From contig JAAVBZ010000023.1 of the NCBI GenBank assembly GCA_014803415.1, positions 80,749 through 144,748 of the forward strand: a stretch of DNA of 64,000 nucleotides, read 5' to 3'. The position numbers were made by a program, and so were the translations under genes. Position 1 is the first letter of the stretch. Every line of letters begins with the position of its first letter. Below the pieces are notes generated by a model. It was not told the DNA's origin and did no database searches. It was given only the letters and a program-made list of their open reading frames with translations. The stretch comes from Lachnospiraceae bacterium (GTDB lineage: Bacteria > Bacillota > Clostridia > Lachnospirales > Lachnospiraceae). Positions 1 through 9,544 of the stretch are shown here, in pieces.

Positions 1-1
1 T

Positions 2-508
2 TACATAGGAACCTTTTCCAAGTCTATAGCGCCGGCCATCCGTGTGGGTTATATGGTACTTCCCGTAACACTTCTGGAAAAGTACAAAGAAAATTGCGGT
101 TTTTATGCGTCTACTGTTTCCAGGATCGATCAAAGAATATTAAATGAGTTTATTAAAGATGGGTATTTTGAAAGATATTTGAATAAAATGCGCAAAACTT
201 ACAGGGAAAAACATGACTTTTTGATGGATCAGCTGAAGGATTTTACAAAGGAGTTTTCCGTTTCGGGAGAAAATGCGGGCCTTCATGTTCTGCTTACCAG
301 TAAAAGAAAAGTACCGGAAAAGGCGCTTTTAGAGGCGGCGGCAAAAGAAGGGATCAGACTTTATGGACTGTCCGATGCACTGGTGGGAGCACCGGAAACA
401 GCAGAAGAGGATGGACATACCATACTGCTGGGATATGGAGCGCTTTCGAGGGAAGAGATCAGGGAAGGAATGGAGAGACTTAAGGAGGCGTGGAGAGAGT
501 TTTTGTAG
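2..508 (+). CDS. MocR/GabR-family PLP-dependent regulator/aminotransferase, C-terminal part (5' end outside window)
   Basis: Frame open from base 2: YIGTFSKSIAPAIRVGY (PLP-lysine motif of MocR AAT domain), GLH motif, LGYG near C-terminus. Confidence 0.85.
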   Translation, partial: YIGTFSKSIAPAIRVGYMVLPVTLLEKYKENCGFYASTVSRIDQRILNEFIKDGYFERYLNKMRKTYREKHDFLMDQLKDFTKEFSVSGENAGLHVLLTSKRKVPEKALLEAAAKEGIRLYGLSDALVGAPETAEEDGHTILLGYGALSREEIREGMERLKEAWREFL

Positions 509-541
509 GCGTCGTATGCCAGCTTCATCTGAACTCATAAA

Positions 542-567
542 TAAAACCCGCCATAGGGCGGGTTTTA
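542..567. terminator. Bidirectional intrinsic terminator
   Basis: TAAAACCCGCC-ATAG-GGCGGGTTTTA perfect stem with A/T tracts on both sides, between convergent genes. Confidence 0.85.
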
Positions 568-580
568 GTATGTTTCGTGT

Positions 581-1087
581 TTAAAGTGTCGGGTCATCAT
601 CATCGAAGAACTCTTCTACCTGCTCTTCGGCTTCTTTGATTTTTTCGACAGCCTCAGCAGCTTCTTCTTTTACGGTCTCTGCAGTGGCTTCTACGGCTTC
701 GGAAGCATTCTCGGCAGCGGCAGCAGCCTGTTCCTTTAAAGGCTCGGACAGATCTGTAAAGGAAGTGTGGGAGCTTTGGGAATCAGCAACAGACTTTACG
801 GTTTCCTTTACCTGTTGAACGGAGTCTGTGAATACTTCTTTTGCTTTATGGAAAGCTTCTGCGGCAATTGCTTCAGCTTTATCAAGGTTTAAAGAAACGT
901 AAGAGCGTTCCTTTCCTGAACTTAAATCCTCATCAAGATCTTCACTGAAATCATCAAAATCATCATCTGTGTCATCAACAGAAGGTGAAACTGCCTGCTC
1001 CTTTTTTTGGAGATAAGAATATGCACCATATGCGGCAGCGCCTGCTGCAGCAGAAAAAAGTAAAAATTTTCCAAATTTTTTAGACAT
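581..1087 (-). CDS. Hypothetical membrane-anchored acidic protein (YtxH-like N-terminus)
   Basis: ATG at 1087 with AAAGGAG RBS; MSKKFGKFLLFSAAAGAAAYG anchor followed by D/E/A-rich body. Confidence 0.7.
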   Translation of the reverse strand: MSKKFGKFLLFSAAAGAAAYGAYSYLQKKEQAVSPSVDDTDDDFDDFSEDLDEDLSSGKERSYVSLNLDKAEAIAAEAFHKAKEVFTDSVQQVKETVKSVADSQSSHTSFTDLSEPLKEQAAAAAENASEAVEATAETVKEEAAEAVEKIKEAEEQVEEFFDDDDPTL

Positions 1088-1290
1088 GTAAGGGCTCCTT
1101 TCGGGATTATTATAACAATATCTTAATACTATTTTGTGAAATTGAAAAGAGAATATGTATAAAAAAATTATTAAATTTCGTATAGACAGATGGAAGATCA
1201 AAATACCATATCTTGGGGTATTAAAATTCTTGAACACAAGTTTGGTTCGGATAATTGAATCGGGTCCTGAAATATGTTATATTTAATTTC

Positions 1291-1303
1291 GACTAAAAAA
1301 GTC
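1291..1303. promoter_or_regulatory. Candidate TetR autoregulatory operator
   Basis: GACT-AAAAA-AGTC palindrome just downstream of a TGTTATATT -10-like element upstream of the TetR gene. Confidence 0.35.
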
Positions 1304-1354
1304 AATATTTGAACTCACAGGGTACATTTATACTGTAGGAAAACGGGGAAGGGT

Positions 1355-1963
1355 ATGAACGATAAATTTTTTGACTTAAAAAAAGAAAAACAGGACAGGA
1401 TGATCAATGCAGCATTAAAAGTGTTTGCCATGAATGGGTATGAACATGCCAGTACAGATGATATTGTCAGGGAAGCAGGTATCAGCAAGGGACTTTTATT
1501 TCACTATTTTATCAATAAGATCGGTCTGTACAGCTTTATTTATGATTACAGTGTAAAATATCTGATGCTGGAGCTTTCCACCGGTGTATCAAAGGGAGAA
1601 ACAGATTATTTTGATCTGGTCCGTCAGATCAGGGGAGCGGAGCTGCAGGTCATGTATAATTATCCCTATATGCTGCAGTTTTTAAACGAGAGCAGAAAGG
1701 AAAACGTAAGTGAGGCACTGATGGCGACAGAGGACAAAAGAGGCGTACTGCCCCATCAGTATAATCAACTTATGCGTCGTGCGGATTTAAGTCATTTCAG
1801 GCCGGAAACAGATATTGAAAAACTGACTAAGATGATAGAACTGACTGTAAGCGGACTTATGACAGAGCGGTTTGTGAACGGAGATTTTCAGCCGGAGCTG
1901 TTCGGAGAAGAAATAGAAAAATATCTTATTATGTTAAAGAAGATGTCATATCAGGAGGTATAG
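1355..1963 (+). CDS. TetR/AcrR family transcriptional regulator
   Basis: N-terminal HTH AALKVFAMNGYEHASTDDIVREAGISKGLLFHYF. Confidence 0.92.
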   Translation: MNDKFFDLKKEKQDRMINAALKVFAMNGYEHASTDDIVREAGISKGLLFHYFINKIGLYSFIYDYSVKYLMLELSTGVSKGETDYFDLVRQIRGAELQVMYNYPYMLQFLNESRKENVSEALMATEDKRGVLPHQYNQLMRRADLSHFRPETDIEKLTKMIELTVSGLMTERFVNGDFQPELFGEEIEKYLIMLKKMSYQEV

Positions 1964-1965
1964 CC

Positions 1966-2727
1966 ATGAAAGAAACTTTGTATACGATTCCGTTAAATGA
2001 TGCTGTTAATGCAAATGATGAGTGTCCGTTCTGCTTTATCGAAAGAGAGGTAGAGCAGGATCTTTTGGATTTTGTGCTGGGAAGCGGATCTTCTTATATG
2101 GAAAGCGATATAAGAGACGCTACTGACAAGGCGGGGTTTTGCAGAGCACATTATAAGAAAATGTTCGATTACGGCAATACCCTGGGGAATGGCTGGATCC
2201 TGAAAACCCATTATATGAGAATGAATAAGGAGATGGCAGAGCAGTTTAAAAATTTTACACCTCAGAAATCCTCATTAATGGGAAAATTCAAGAAGAATTC
2301 GCAGCGCCAGAATCCGATCGGAATCTGGGTAGAAGAAAAGGAAAAGTCCTGCTATATCTGTAACCGTTTTGCTGATACCTATGAAAGATATCTGGATACT
2401 TTTTTCTTTATGTACAAGAAGGATGAAGAGTTCAGAAACAGAATTAAGAACAGTAAAGGTTTTTGTCTCCATCATTTCGGAGATTTGTGTGAAGCTTCTG
2501 AAACCAGAATGAATGATAAGGAAAAAAAGGAGTTTTATCCCGCCATGTTTGAACTGATGGAAAAGAACATGGCGCGTATACAGGAAGATGTGGATTGGCT
2601 GGTGGAGAAATTTGATTACAAAAATCAAAATGCCGACTGGAAGAATTCCAGGGATGCCATCCAAAGGGGCATGCAGAAGCTCAAAGGAGGCTACCCTGCA
2701 GACCCCGTGTATAAGATGAATAAATAA
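1966..2727 (+). CDS. Conserved Cys/His-rich hypothetical protein (DUF6062-like)
   Basis: Duplicated CxxC ... GFCxxH motifs (ECPFC/GFCRAH; SCYIC/GFCLHH); AGGAGG RBS. Confidence 0.7.
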   Translation: MKETLYTIPLNDAVNANDECPFCFIEREVEQDLLDFVLGSGSSYMESDIRDATDKAGFCRAHYKKMFDYGNTLGNGWILKTHYMRMNKEMAEQFKNFTPQKSSLMGKFKKNSQRQNPIGIWVEEKEKSCYICNRFADTYERYLDTFFFMYKKDEEFRNRIKNSKGFCLHHFGDLCEASETRMNDKEKKEFYPAMFELMEKNMARIQEDVDWLVEKFDYKNQNADWKNSRDAIQRGMQKLKGGYPADPVYKMNK

Positions 2728-3176
2728 TGAATGATCCCCAGCGCCCAGCTGGTGAAGATCCCATATAGAATGACAGGTCCTGCGATGGTGAAGATCTTAC
2801 ATCCGATTCCGAAGACCTGTCCTTCTTTTTGGTATTCGATAGCAGGAGAAGCTACTGAATTGGCAAAGCCGGTAATGGGAACAAGAGCTCCGGCACCTCC
2901 GAATTTGACAATGCAGGGATAAATGTTAAAGCCGGTAAGGAGCACACTTAAAAGCACTAGGATCAGTGAGCAGAAACTTCCGGCCATTTCTTTGTCCATA
3001 CCAAGAGAATTTTTGGCATAGTTCAGCAGTATCTGTCCTAAAACACAGATAATACCGCCTGTGAAAAATGCACGCAGCATCTGAAGTGCAAGATTGTGGG
3101 TGGGAGTGATCTTTTTGACATATTCGGCGTAATCTTTTTCCAATGAGATCTGTTCCTGTGATTTATTTCCGTCCAT
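2691..3176 (-). CDS. spoVAC: Stage V sporulation protein AC
   Basis: AFFTGGIICVLGQ, GGAGALVPITGFANSVASPAIEY, GCKIFTIAGPVILYG; start after AGAAAGGA RBS. Confidence 0.92.
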   Translation of the reverse strand: MDGNKSQEQISLEKDYAEYVKKITPTHNLALQMLRAFFTGGIICVLGQILLNYAKNSLGMDKEMAGSFCSLILVLLSVLLTGFNIYPCIVKFGGAGALVPITGFANSVASPAIEYQKEGQVFGIGCKIFTIAGPVILYGIFTSWALGIIHYLFILYTGSAG

Positions 3177-3205
3177 AAGCAATTCCTTTCTGTTTTTCTG
3201 ATATA

Positions 3206-3235
3206 TATTTTTCCGCATACCTCTCAATTTTATGC
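3206..3235 (-). promoter_or_regulatory. Forespore sigma (sigF/sigG)-type promoter of spoVAC
   Basis: Minus strand GCATA-N16-GGAAAAATA resembles sigF/sigG consensus. Confidence 0.5.
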
Positions 3236-3253
3236 ATCAATTTTTCCCAATGA

Positions 3254-3271
3254 TTTTAAGCTTTTTTTAAG
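3254..3271 (+). promoter_or_regulatory. OmpR-type direct repeat upstream of MBOAT operon
   Basis: TTAAG-N6-TTAAG (11-bp period) upstream of TGTTACAAT extended -10. Confidence 0.4.
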
Positions 3272-3360
3272 ACTTTTGATTAAATGTGCTTCTTGTAGAT
3301 TCATGGGGGGAATGTTACAATTGATAACACAGGACAAAAGAAAAGTGAAGGTTGAAGCAG

Positions 3361-4737
3361 ATGGTTAACTTTGCAGGATTAGAATTTATTTTCCGGTTTC
3401 TTCCGGTGTTCTTGATCATATATTTTATCATTCCCGTTAAACATAGAGATATTGTACTTCTTATCGGCAGCCTGGTATTTTATGCTATGGGGGACCCTTA
3501 TTTTGCAGCCCTTCTTTTTGTGCTTATTATCGTCAATTATCTGATAGGTAAAAAGATCAGAAAGCTTTCCCTGGGATTTGCGATCCATCAATGGCAGAAA
3601 ATTAAAAGAAAGAAATTACTGATCACGATCCTTTCTCTGGATGTGGCGGTACTTGTGATCTTCAAAGGCTTAAGCACTTTTGTGGACAGTTCTCTTCTTC
3701 CGCTGGGCCTCAGTTTTTATATTTTTAAAATGATCTCCTATCAGGTGGATCTGTATCAGGGAGAAATCTGGGAAAGAACCGACCTGAAATCCACAGCCCT
3801 TTATTTTTCTTTGTTCCCTCAGGTGATTTCCGGTCCTATTATGCGATATAGTGACGGAGGAAGCGCTGACAGAAGAACTTATTCCTTAGAGCAGTTTGAA
3901 GACGGGCTTAAGTATTTTGTGGCGGGGCTTGGCATGAAGGTACTGCTTGCAGACCGGCTTGCAATTCTGTGGAAAGATCTTCAGATGATCGGCTATCAGA
4001 GTATATCCACTCCTCTTGCATGGCTTGGTGCAGTGGGTTATTCCCTTCAGCTGTATTTTGACTTTTGGGGTTATTCTCTGATGTCTTCGGGGCTTATGGT
4101 CATGATGGGATTTGAGTTTATTGAAAATTTTCATCATCCTTATTCGTCCAAAAGTATCGGAGAATTTTACAGAAGGTGGCATATTACATTGGGGAGTTTT
4201 TTCCGTGATTATGTATATATCCCCATGGGAGGCAGCAGGTGCGAAAAGGGCAGACTGATCCTTAACCTTTCGCTGGTCTGGCTCCTTACCGGATTCTGGC
4301 ATGGCAATGGTGTGAATTTTATCATATGGGGAGCAGTGCTGGGATTATTGATCATTTTTGAAAAGCTGCTTTATGGAAAAATCTTAAAAAAGATTCCCGT
4401 GCTTGGCAATTTATATGTGATCCTGCTGATCCCTCTGACATGGGTGGTATTTGCCATTACAGATCTGAAACAGCTGGGGATTTATTTCGGAAGATTATTT
4501 CCTTTTATCGGAGGTCCCGGTATAGCGGTAAATACACAGGATATCATAAAGTATTCCCAAAGTTTCGGCGGACTGATCTTTGTGGGCATTCTGCTTTGTA
4601 TACCGGCAGTATTTGAATTTTTGGAGAAACATAAGAAAAATCTGGTGGTTGTGCTGCTTCTTGCAGTAATATTCTGGTATTCAGTTTATTTTATGTCAAG
4701 CAGCTCGGCTAACCCATTTATGTACTTGAAATTTTAA
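3361..4737 (+). CDS. MBOAT family O-acyltransferase (AlgI/DltB/PatA-like)
   Basis: LPLGLSFYIFKMISY, FPQVISGPI, QLYFDFWGYS, EFYRRWHITL, TGFWHG, terminal FMYLKF. Confidence 0.92.
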   Translation: MVNFAGLEFIFRFLPVFLIIYFIIPVKHRDIVLLIGSLVFYAMGDPYFAALLFVLIIVNYLIGKKIRKLSLGFAIHQWQKIKRKKLLITILSLDVAVLVIFKGLSTFVDSSLLPLGLSFYIFKMISYQVDLYQGEIWERTDLKSTALYFSLFPQVISGPIMRYSDGGSADRRTYSLEQFEDGLKYFVAGLGMKVLLADRLAILWKDLQMIGYQSISTPLAWLGAVGYSLQLYFDFWGYSLMSSGLMVMMGFEFIENFHHPYSSKSIGEFYRRWHITLGSFFRDYVYIPMGGSRCEKGRLILNLSLVWLLTGFWHGNGVNFIIWGAVLGLLIIFEKLLYGKILKKIPVLGNLYVILLIPLTWVVFAITDLKQLGIYFGRLFPFIGGPGIAVNTQDIIKYSQSFGGLIFVGILLCIPAVFEFLEKHKKNLVVVLLLAVIFWYSVYFMSSSSANPFMYLKF

Positions 4738-4750
4738 GGTGGTAGGAATT

Positions 4751-5842
4751 ATGAAACTTTTGAAGCGCAGTCCTTTGTTTTTTATCATACTTTGTACTGG
4801 ATTATTATTCACCATTGCAGGGATATGCGGCAAAAACAATATTTATGGGGAGCAGGAATATGATCCTTTTAAAGCGCCACTTCTTTCCATTATGTTTGCA
4901 GGGATCAATGAGGATATTTATCCCTGGCAGATGTTTGCAGGGATCGAAGGTCCCGTAGAGGCTATGGCAATAGATACCACGGAATCAGATGCCACAGCAA
5001 CAGATGCCGCAGCAGAAGAAGAAACTAAGATCTCCGGGCCGCAGGAAGAAGGACAGGGAGAGGAAGGCGCAGCGGCAGAAGAAACGCCGGAACCCACACC
5101 TACGCCTACACCGGCAGAACCTACGCCGGAACCGACTCCGACTCAGGCGCCTTTTGGCGAGGGAAGACCGGAGCCGCTTAGAGAAAGCACGCATGAAGAG
5201 TATTTAAATCATATCTCTGCTGATATATATGGCGATATAGGAATTACGAAAGCCGCTTCATACGAATTCCAGCAGGTGGATGAAAGTTATTTCGACGATG
5301 CACTTTTTATCGGTGATTCCAGAACGGTGGGGTTACGTGACTATACCGATTTGTCAGAACATGCAGATTTTTTCTGTGAAACTTCTCTTACGATTTATAA
5401 AGTGATGGAAGAAGATTTTAAGAATATGGGTACCATAAAGGAAGCGCTTGAAAACAAGGATTATGGTAAAATTTACATTATGGTAGGGATCAACGAACTG
5501 GGAAGAGGTACTACCGAGGATTTTATGAGCAAATACACAGAAGTCATTGATACACTTCATGAATTGGAACCGGAGGCCAAAATATTTATCCAGGGTATTT
5601 TGAGAGTGACCGGCGACAAGGACCGCAGTGATAAAATTTTTAATAATGCTAATATCAATGCAAGAAATAATGCGATCGCAACATTAGCGGATAATCAGCA
5701 GGTATTTTACATTGAAGTAAATGAGGTGGTCTGTGATGAGGAAGGAAATCTGAATTCCAACTATACTTCTGACCAGATCCATCTTTTGGGCGTATACTGT
5801 GATCTGTGGAAACAACAGCTGCTTAGTCATGGCGTCATATGA
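4751..5842 (+). CDS. Membrane-anchored SGNH/GDSL hydrolase (putative O-acetyltransferase partner) with Pro/Thr linker
   Basis: N-terminal TM, PEPTPTPT linker, FIGDSRT block I, GINE block III, DQIH block V. Confidence 0.8.
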   Translation: MKLLKRSPLFFIILCTGLLFTIAGICGKNNIYGEQEYDPFKAPLLSIMFAGINEDIYPWQMFAGIEGPVEAMAIDTTESDATATDAAAEEETKISGPQEEGQGEEGAAAEETPEPTPTPTPAEPTPEPTPTQAPFGEGRPEPLRESTHEEYLNHISADIYGDIGITKAASYEFQQVDESYFDDALFIGDSRTVGLRDYTDLSEHADFFCETSLTIYKVMEEDFKNMGTIKEALENKDYGKIYIMVGINELGRGTTEDFMSKYTEVIDTLHELEPEAKIFIQGILRVTGDKDRSDKIFNNANINARNNAIATLADNQQVFYIEVNEVVCDEEGNLNSNYTSDQIHLLGVYCDLWKQQLLSHGVI

Positions 5843-5872
5843 AACAAATGATGACAGCTGTCTGAAAGATAT

Positions 5873-5901
5873 GAATAAAAACCTTCAGATATGAGAAACT
5901 A
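5873..5901 (+). promoter_or_regulatory. sigG-type promoter of spoVAD
   Basis: GAATA-N17-GAAACTA versus sigG consensus GHATA-N17/18-CATACTA. Confidence 0.45.
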
Positions 5902-5933
5902 TGTGAAAAAGTAATCTTATCTGGAGGTTTTTT

Positions 5934-6971
5934 ATGGATGATAGAGGCGGTGCAATTTTTGAACAGGGAGAACAGAGCATTAAGATACCCGTACCGGTTT
6001 ATATAAGAGCAAGCGCCAGTGTGGTGGGCAGTAAAGAAGGACAGGGACCGTTGGGTGATCTGTTTGATATGGTGGGAGTAGATGACAAGTTTGGTTGTGA
6101 TACATGGGAAAAGGCAGAAAGCACGCTGCAGAAAGAAGCCCTTCAGCTTGCAATAGGAAAAGCGGGACTTACCAGTAAGGATATCCGGTTTTTATTTGCC
6201 GGTGATCTTTTGGGACAGTCCATTGCCAGCAGCTTCGGACTTGGAAGCTTCCAAATACCGCTGCTTGGCATGTATGGAGCCTGTTCTACATGCGGACTTA
6301 CTCTGTCGGCAGCAACTGTTATGATCGCAGGAGGAATGGCGCAGTACGCTGCCTGCGTGACGAGCAGCCATTTTGCCAGCGCGGAAAAAGAATTCCGTTT
6401 TCCTCTGGCTTATGGCAATCAGAGACCTCTTTCGGCAAGCTGGACGGTAACGGGCAGCGGTGCCTTTGTGGTCAGCAGTGTGAAGGGAGAACATGACAGA
6501 GCCATGGTCACAGGGCTTACGATCGGAAAGATCATGGACTTTGGCCTGAAAGATTCCATGAACATGGGAGCATGCATGGCGCCTGCAGCTTGTGACACCA
6601 TTTACCGGCATCTTGCTGACTTTGGAAGAAAGCCTTCCGATTATGACAAGATCATAACGGGAGATCTTGGCAGCGTGGGGAAAAAGGCCTTACTGGACAT
6701 GATGAGGGAAAAGGGCATGGATATAGAAAAGGAGCATATGGACTGTGGAATTGAAATTTACGATCAGAGCCAGGACGCCCATGCAGGAGGTTCCGGCTGC
6801 GGATGCAGCGCGGTCACGCTTTCGGCTTTTATTTTAAAACAGTTAGAGGAAGGCAAATGGAAGAGAGTTTTGTTTGTGCCTACCGGCGCGCTTTTAAGCA
6901 AGACCAGTTATAACGAAGGACAGAGTGTACCCGGAATTGCCCATGGGGTGGAACTGGTAAGCTGCAAGTAA
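5934..6971 (+). CDS. spoVAD: Stage V sporulation protein AD (dipicolinate-binding)
   Basis: EGQGPLG, GDLL, GACST, SSHFASAEKEFRFP, TGDLG, AGGSGCGCSA, TGALLS motifs. Confidence 0.95.
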   Translation: MDDRGGAIFEQGEQSIKIPVPVYIRASASVVGSKEGQGPLGDLFDMVGVDDKFGCDTWEKAESTLQKEALQLAIGKAGLTSKDIRFLFAGDLLGQSIASSFGLGSFQIPLLGMYGACSTCGLTLSAATVMIAGGMAQYAACVTSSHFASAEKEFRFPLAYGNQRPLSASWTVTGSGAFVVSSVKGEHDRAMVTGLTIGKIMDFGLKDSMNMGACMAPAACDTIYRHLADFGRKPSDYDKIITGDLGSVGKKALLDMMREKGMDIEKEHMDCGIEIYDQSQDAHAGGSGCGCSAVTLSAFILKQLEEGKWKRVLFVPTGALLSKTSYNEGQSVPGIAHGVELVSCK

Positions 6972-6990
6972 TTATGATGTTTAAATGGTG

Positions 6991-7021
6991 ATCCCGAAGA
7001 CTTTAAAATCTTCGGGATTTT
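6991..7021 (+). terminator. Intrinsic terminator after spoVAD
   Basis: ATCCCGAAGA-N8-TCTTCGGGAT followed by T run. Confidence 0.8.
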
Positions 7022-7036
7022 CATGTTTTGCAGTGC

Positions 7037-7098
7037 ACAAAAATAGTCAAATATTCACATGAATGACAATACCGCTGAAAAAATGTCAAAGTTATAAT
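7037..7098 (+). promoter_or_regulatory. Activator site plus -10 of the GH94 operon
   Basis: ACAAAAATAGTCAAATATTCACA (19/23 identical to 12804-12826) lies 33 nt before TATAAT at 7093. Confidence 0.6.
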
Positions 7099-7132
7099 GA
7101 AAATAACTGAGAGTAAAGAGGAGGTAATCTTC

Positions 7133-9544
7133 ATGCAATATGGGCATTTTGACAATAAGAACAGGGAGTATGTGATCGACCGGGTTGACCTTCCCGCTTC
7201 CTGGACCAATTATCTGGGTGTCGAGGACACATGTGTGGTAGTAAACCATACGGCCGGTGGTTATATGTTCTACAAAACGCCGGAATATCACAGGATAACA
7301 AGATTTCGGGGAAACAGTATTCCCATGGACCGTCCCGGACATTATGTCTATTTACGGGATGCGGAAAGCGGAGATTACTGGAGTATTTCCTGGCAGCCGG
7401 TAGGCAAGCCCTTAGATCAGGCAAAGTATACCTGCCGTCATGGACTTTCCTATACTACTTATGAGTGTGATTACAGTCATATCAAGGCAAGCCAGACACT
7501 TTCGGTACCCATTGGGGATGCGCTGGAACTTTGGGATGTAAAGATCAAAAATGAAGATAATGTGCCGAGAAAGCTTCAAGTATTTTCCTATCTGGAATTT
7601 TCTTTCCATCATATTATGATAGACAATCAGAATTTCCAGATGAGTATGTATTGCGCCGGAAGCAGTTATGAGGATGGCATTATTGAGCATGATCTCTTTT
7701 ATGAAGAGTTTGGTTATCAGTATTTTACCATGAGCGAAACGCCGGATGGATTTGACTGTCTGCGTGACAGATTCCTGGGACTTTACCATACTGAGGACAA
7801 CCCGCAGGCTGTTATAAATGGCAAGTGCAGCGGCTCCTTTGAAAAGGGGAATAACCACTGCGGTTCTCTTCAGAAAGACATTGTACTTGCACCCGGAGAA
7901 GAAAAGAGGATCATATTTATTCTGGGGGAAGGCAATAGGGAAGCCGGAAAAAAGGCAAGGGAAAAATACAGTGATCTTAAGACGGTAGACGCCGTTTATG
8001 ATACATTCAGAGCTTATTGGGAGAACAAATTAAATAAGCTGCAGATAGACACTCCCAATGAAGGAATGAATACGCTGATCAATACATGGACCTTGTACCA
8101 GGCTGAAATAAATGTTATGTTTTCAAGATTCGCTTCCTTTATTGAAGTGGGGGGAAGAACAGGACTTGGTTATCGTGATACGGCTCAGGATGCCATGACC
8201 ATTCCCCATTCCAATCCGAAGAAATGCAGGCAAAGGATCGTAGAACTTTTGCGGGGACTGGTATCTCAAGGGTATGGTCTGCATTTATTCCAGCCGGAAT
8301 GGTTTGAACCGGATTCGGAGGTAAAGCCTTTTAAGTCCCCTACTGTCATACCGGAATTTGATAAAAGCAATATGATCCATGGAATTAAAGACGCCTGTTC
8401 TGATGATGCGTTGTGGCTGGTTTCTTCCATTGTAGAGTATGTTAAGGAAACAGGCGAGATGGATTTCCTTGATCAGGTCATCACTTACGCAGATGGAGGT
8501 GAAGGAACGGTCTATGAACATATGACACGGATCCTGGATTTTTCTAGTGAGCAGGTGGGCGCTACAGGTATCTGTAAGGGCCTTCGGGCAGACTGGAACG
8601 ACTGCCTGAATTTAGGCGGCGGCGAAAGCGCCATGGTATCTTTCCTCCACTATTGGGCAATCCGGAATTTCCTGCAGGTGGCAGAATATCTTGATAGAAA
8701 AGAAGATGTAGAAAAATATTCTGCGATGGCCGCAAAAGTAAAGAAGATCTGTGATGAGCAGCTTTGGGATAAAGAGTGGTATATCAGAGGAATTACCAAA
8801 AACGGAAAGAAGATCGGAACCCAGGAAGATAAAGAAGGAAAAGTTCATTTAGAGTCCAATGCCTGGGCGGTTCTTTCAGGAGCTGCCGGCAAAGATAAAG
8901 GCCTTAAGGCCATGGATAGTGTAAGAGAATATCTTTTTACACCTTACGGAATCATGCTCAACGCACCTTCCTATACGGTACCTGATGACGATATCGGATT
9001 TGTAACAAGAGTATATCCGGGCCTTAAAGAAAACGGAGCAATTTTTTCCCATCCCAATCCATGGGCATGGGCTGCAGAATGTGAACTGGGAAGAGGTGAC
9101 AGAGCAATGGAATATTACAATGCTCTGTGCCCTTACTATCAGAATGATATGATCGAGATCCGTGAGGCAGAGCCTTATTCTTACTGCCAGTTCATTATGG
9201 GGAAAGATCATACAGGCTTTGGCCGCGCAAGGCATCCTTTCATGACAGGTACGGGCGGCTGGGCATATTTCAGCGCTACACGATATATGCTGGGAATCAG
9301 GCCGCAGCTGGATCATCTTGAGATCGATCCCTGTATTCCGGCGCAGTGGACAGGCTTTTCGGCAGACAGGGTATGGAGAGATGCAAGGTTCCACATTCAG
9401 GTTGAAAACCCTGATAAGGTCATGAAGGGGGTAAAGGAGATCTGGCTGGATGGCCAGAAGGTGGATAAGATTCCTGTGATGGAAAAGAATTCAGAACATC
9501 AGGTAAGGATCGTTATGGGAAATGGAGGACAACAAGATGATTAA
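7133..9544 (+). CDS. chbP: GH94 N,N'-diacetylchitobiose phosphorylase
   Basis: MQYGHFDNKNREYVI, WTNYLG, DRPGHYVYLRD, GYRDTAQD, ADWNDCLNLGGGES, ENGAIFSHPNPWAW, HPFMTGT match Vibrio ChbP-type GH94. Confidence 0.85.
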   Translation: MQYGHFDNKNREYVIDRVDLPASWTNYLGVEDTCVVVNHTAGGYMFYKTPEYHRITRFRGNSIPMDRPGHYVYLRDAESGDYWSISWQPVGKPLDQAKYTCRHGLSYTTYECDYSHIKASQTLSVPIGDALELWDVKIKNEDNVPRKLQVFSYLEFSFHHIMIDNQNFQMSMYCAGSSYEDGIIEHDLFYEEFGYQYFTMSETPDGFDCLRDRFLGLYHTEDNPQAVINGKCSGSFEKGNNHCGSLQKDIVLAPGEEKRIIFILGEGNREAGKKAREKYSDLKTVDAVYDTFRAYWENKLNKLQIDTPNEGMNTLINTWTLYQAEINVMFSRFASFIEVGGRTGLGYRDTAQDAMTIPHSNPKKCRQRIVELLRGLVSQGYGLHLFQPEWFEPDSEVKPFKSPTVIPEFDKSNMIHGIKDACSDDALWLVSSIVEYVKETGEMDFLDQVITYADGGEGTVYEHMTRILDFSSEQVGATGICKGLRADWNDCLNLGGGESAMVSFLHYWAIRNFLQVAEYLDRKEDVEKYSAMAAKVKKICDEQLWDKEWYIRGITKNGKKIGTQEDKEGKVHLESNAWAVLSGAAGKDKGLKAMDSVREYLFTPYGIMLNAPSYTVPDDDIGFVTRVYPGLKENGAIFSHPNPWAWAAECELGRGDRAMEYYNALCPYYQNDMIEIREAEPYSYCQFIMGKDHTGFGRARHPFMTGTGGWAYFSATRYMLGIRPQLDHLEIDPCIPAQWTGFSADRVWRDARFHIQVENPDKVMKGVKEIWLDGQKVDKIPVMEKNSEHQVRIVMGNGGQQDD

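Noticed and set aside
5085-5142. Repeated ACGCCGGAACC-like DNA units
   Set aside because: Explained by the Pro/Thr/Glu linker codons of the SGNH protein
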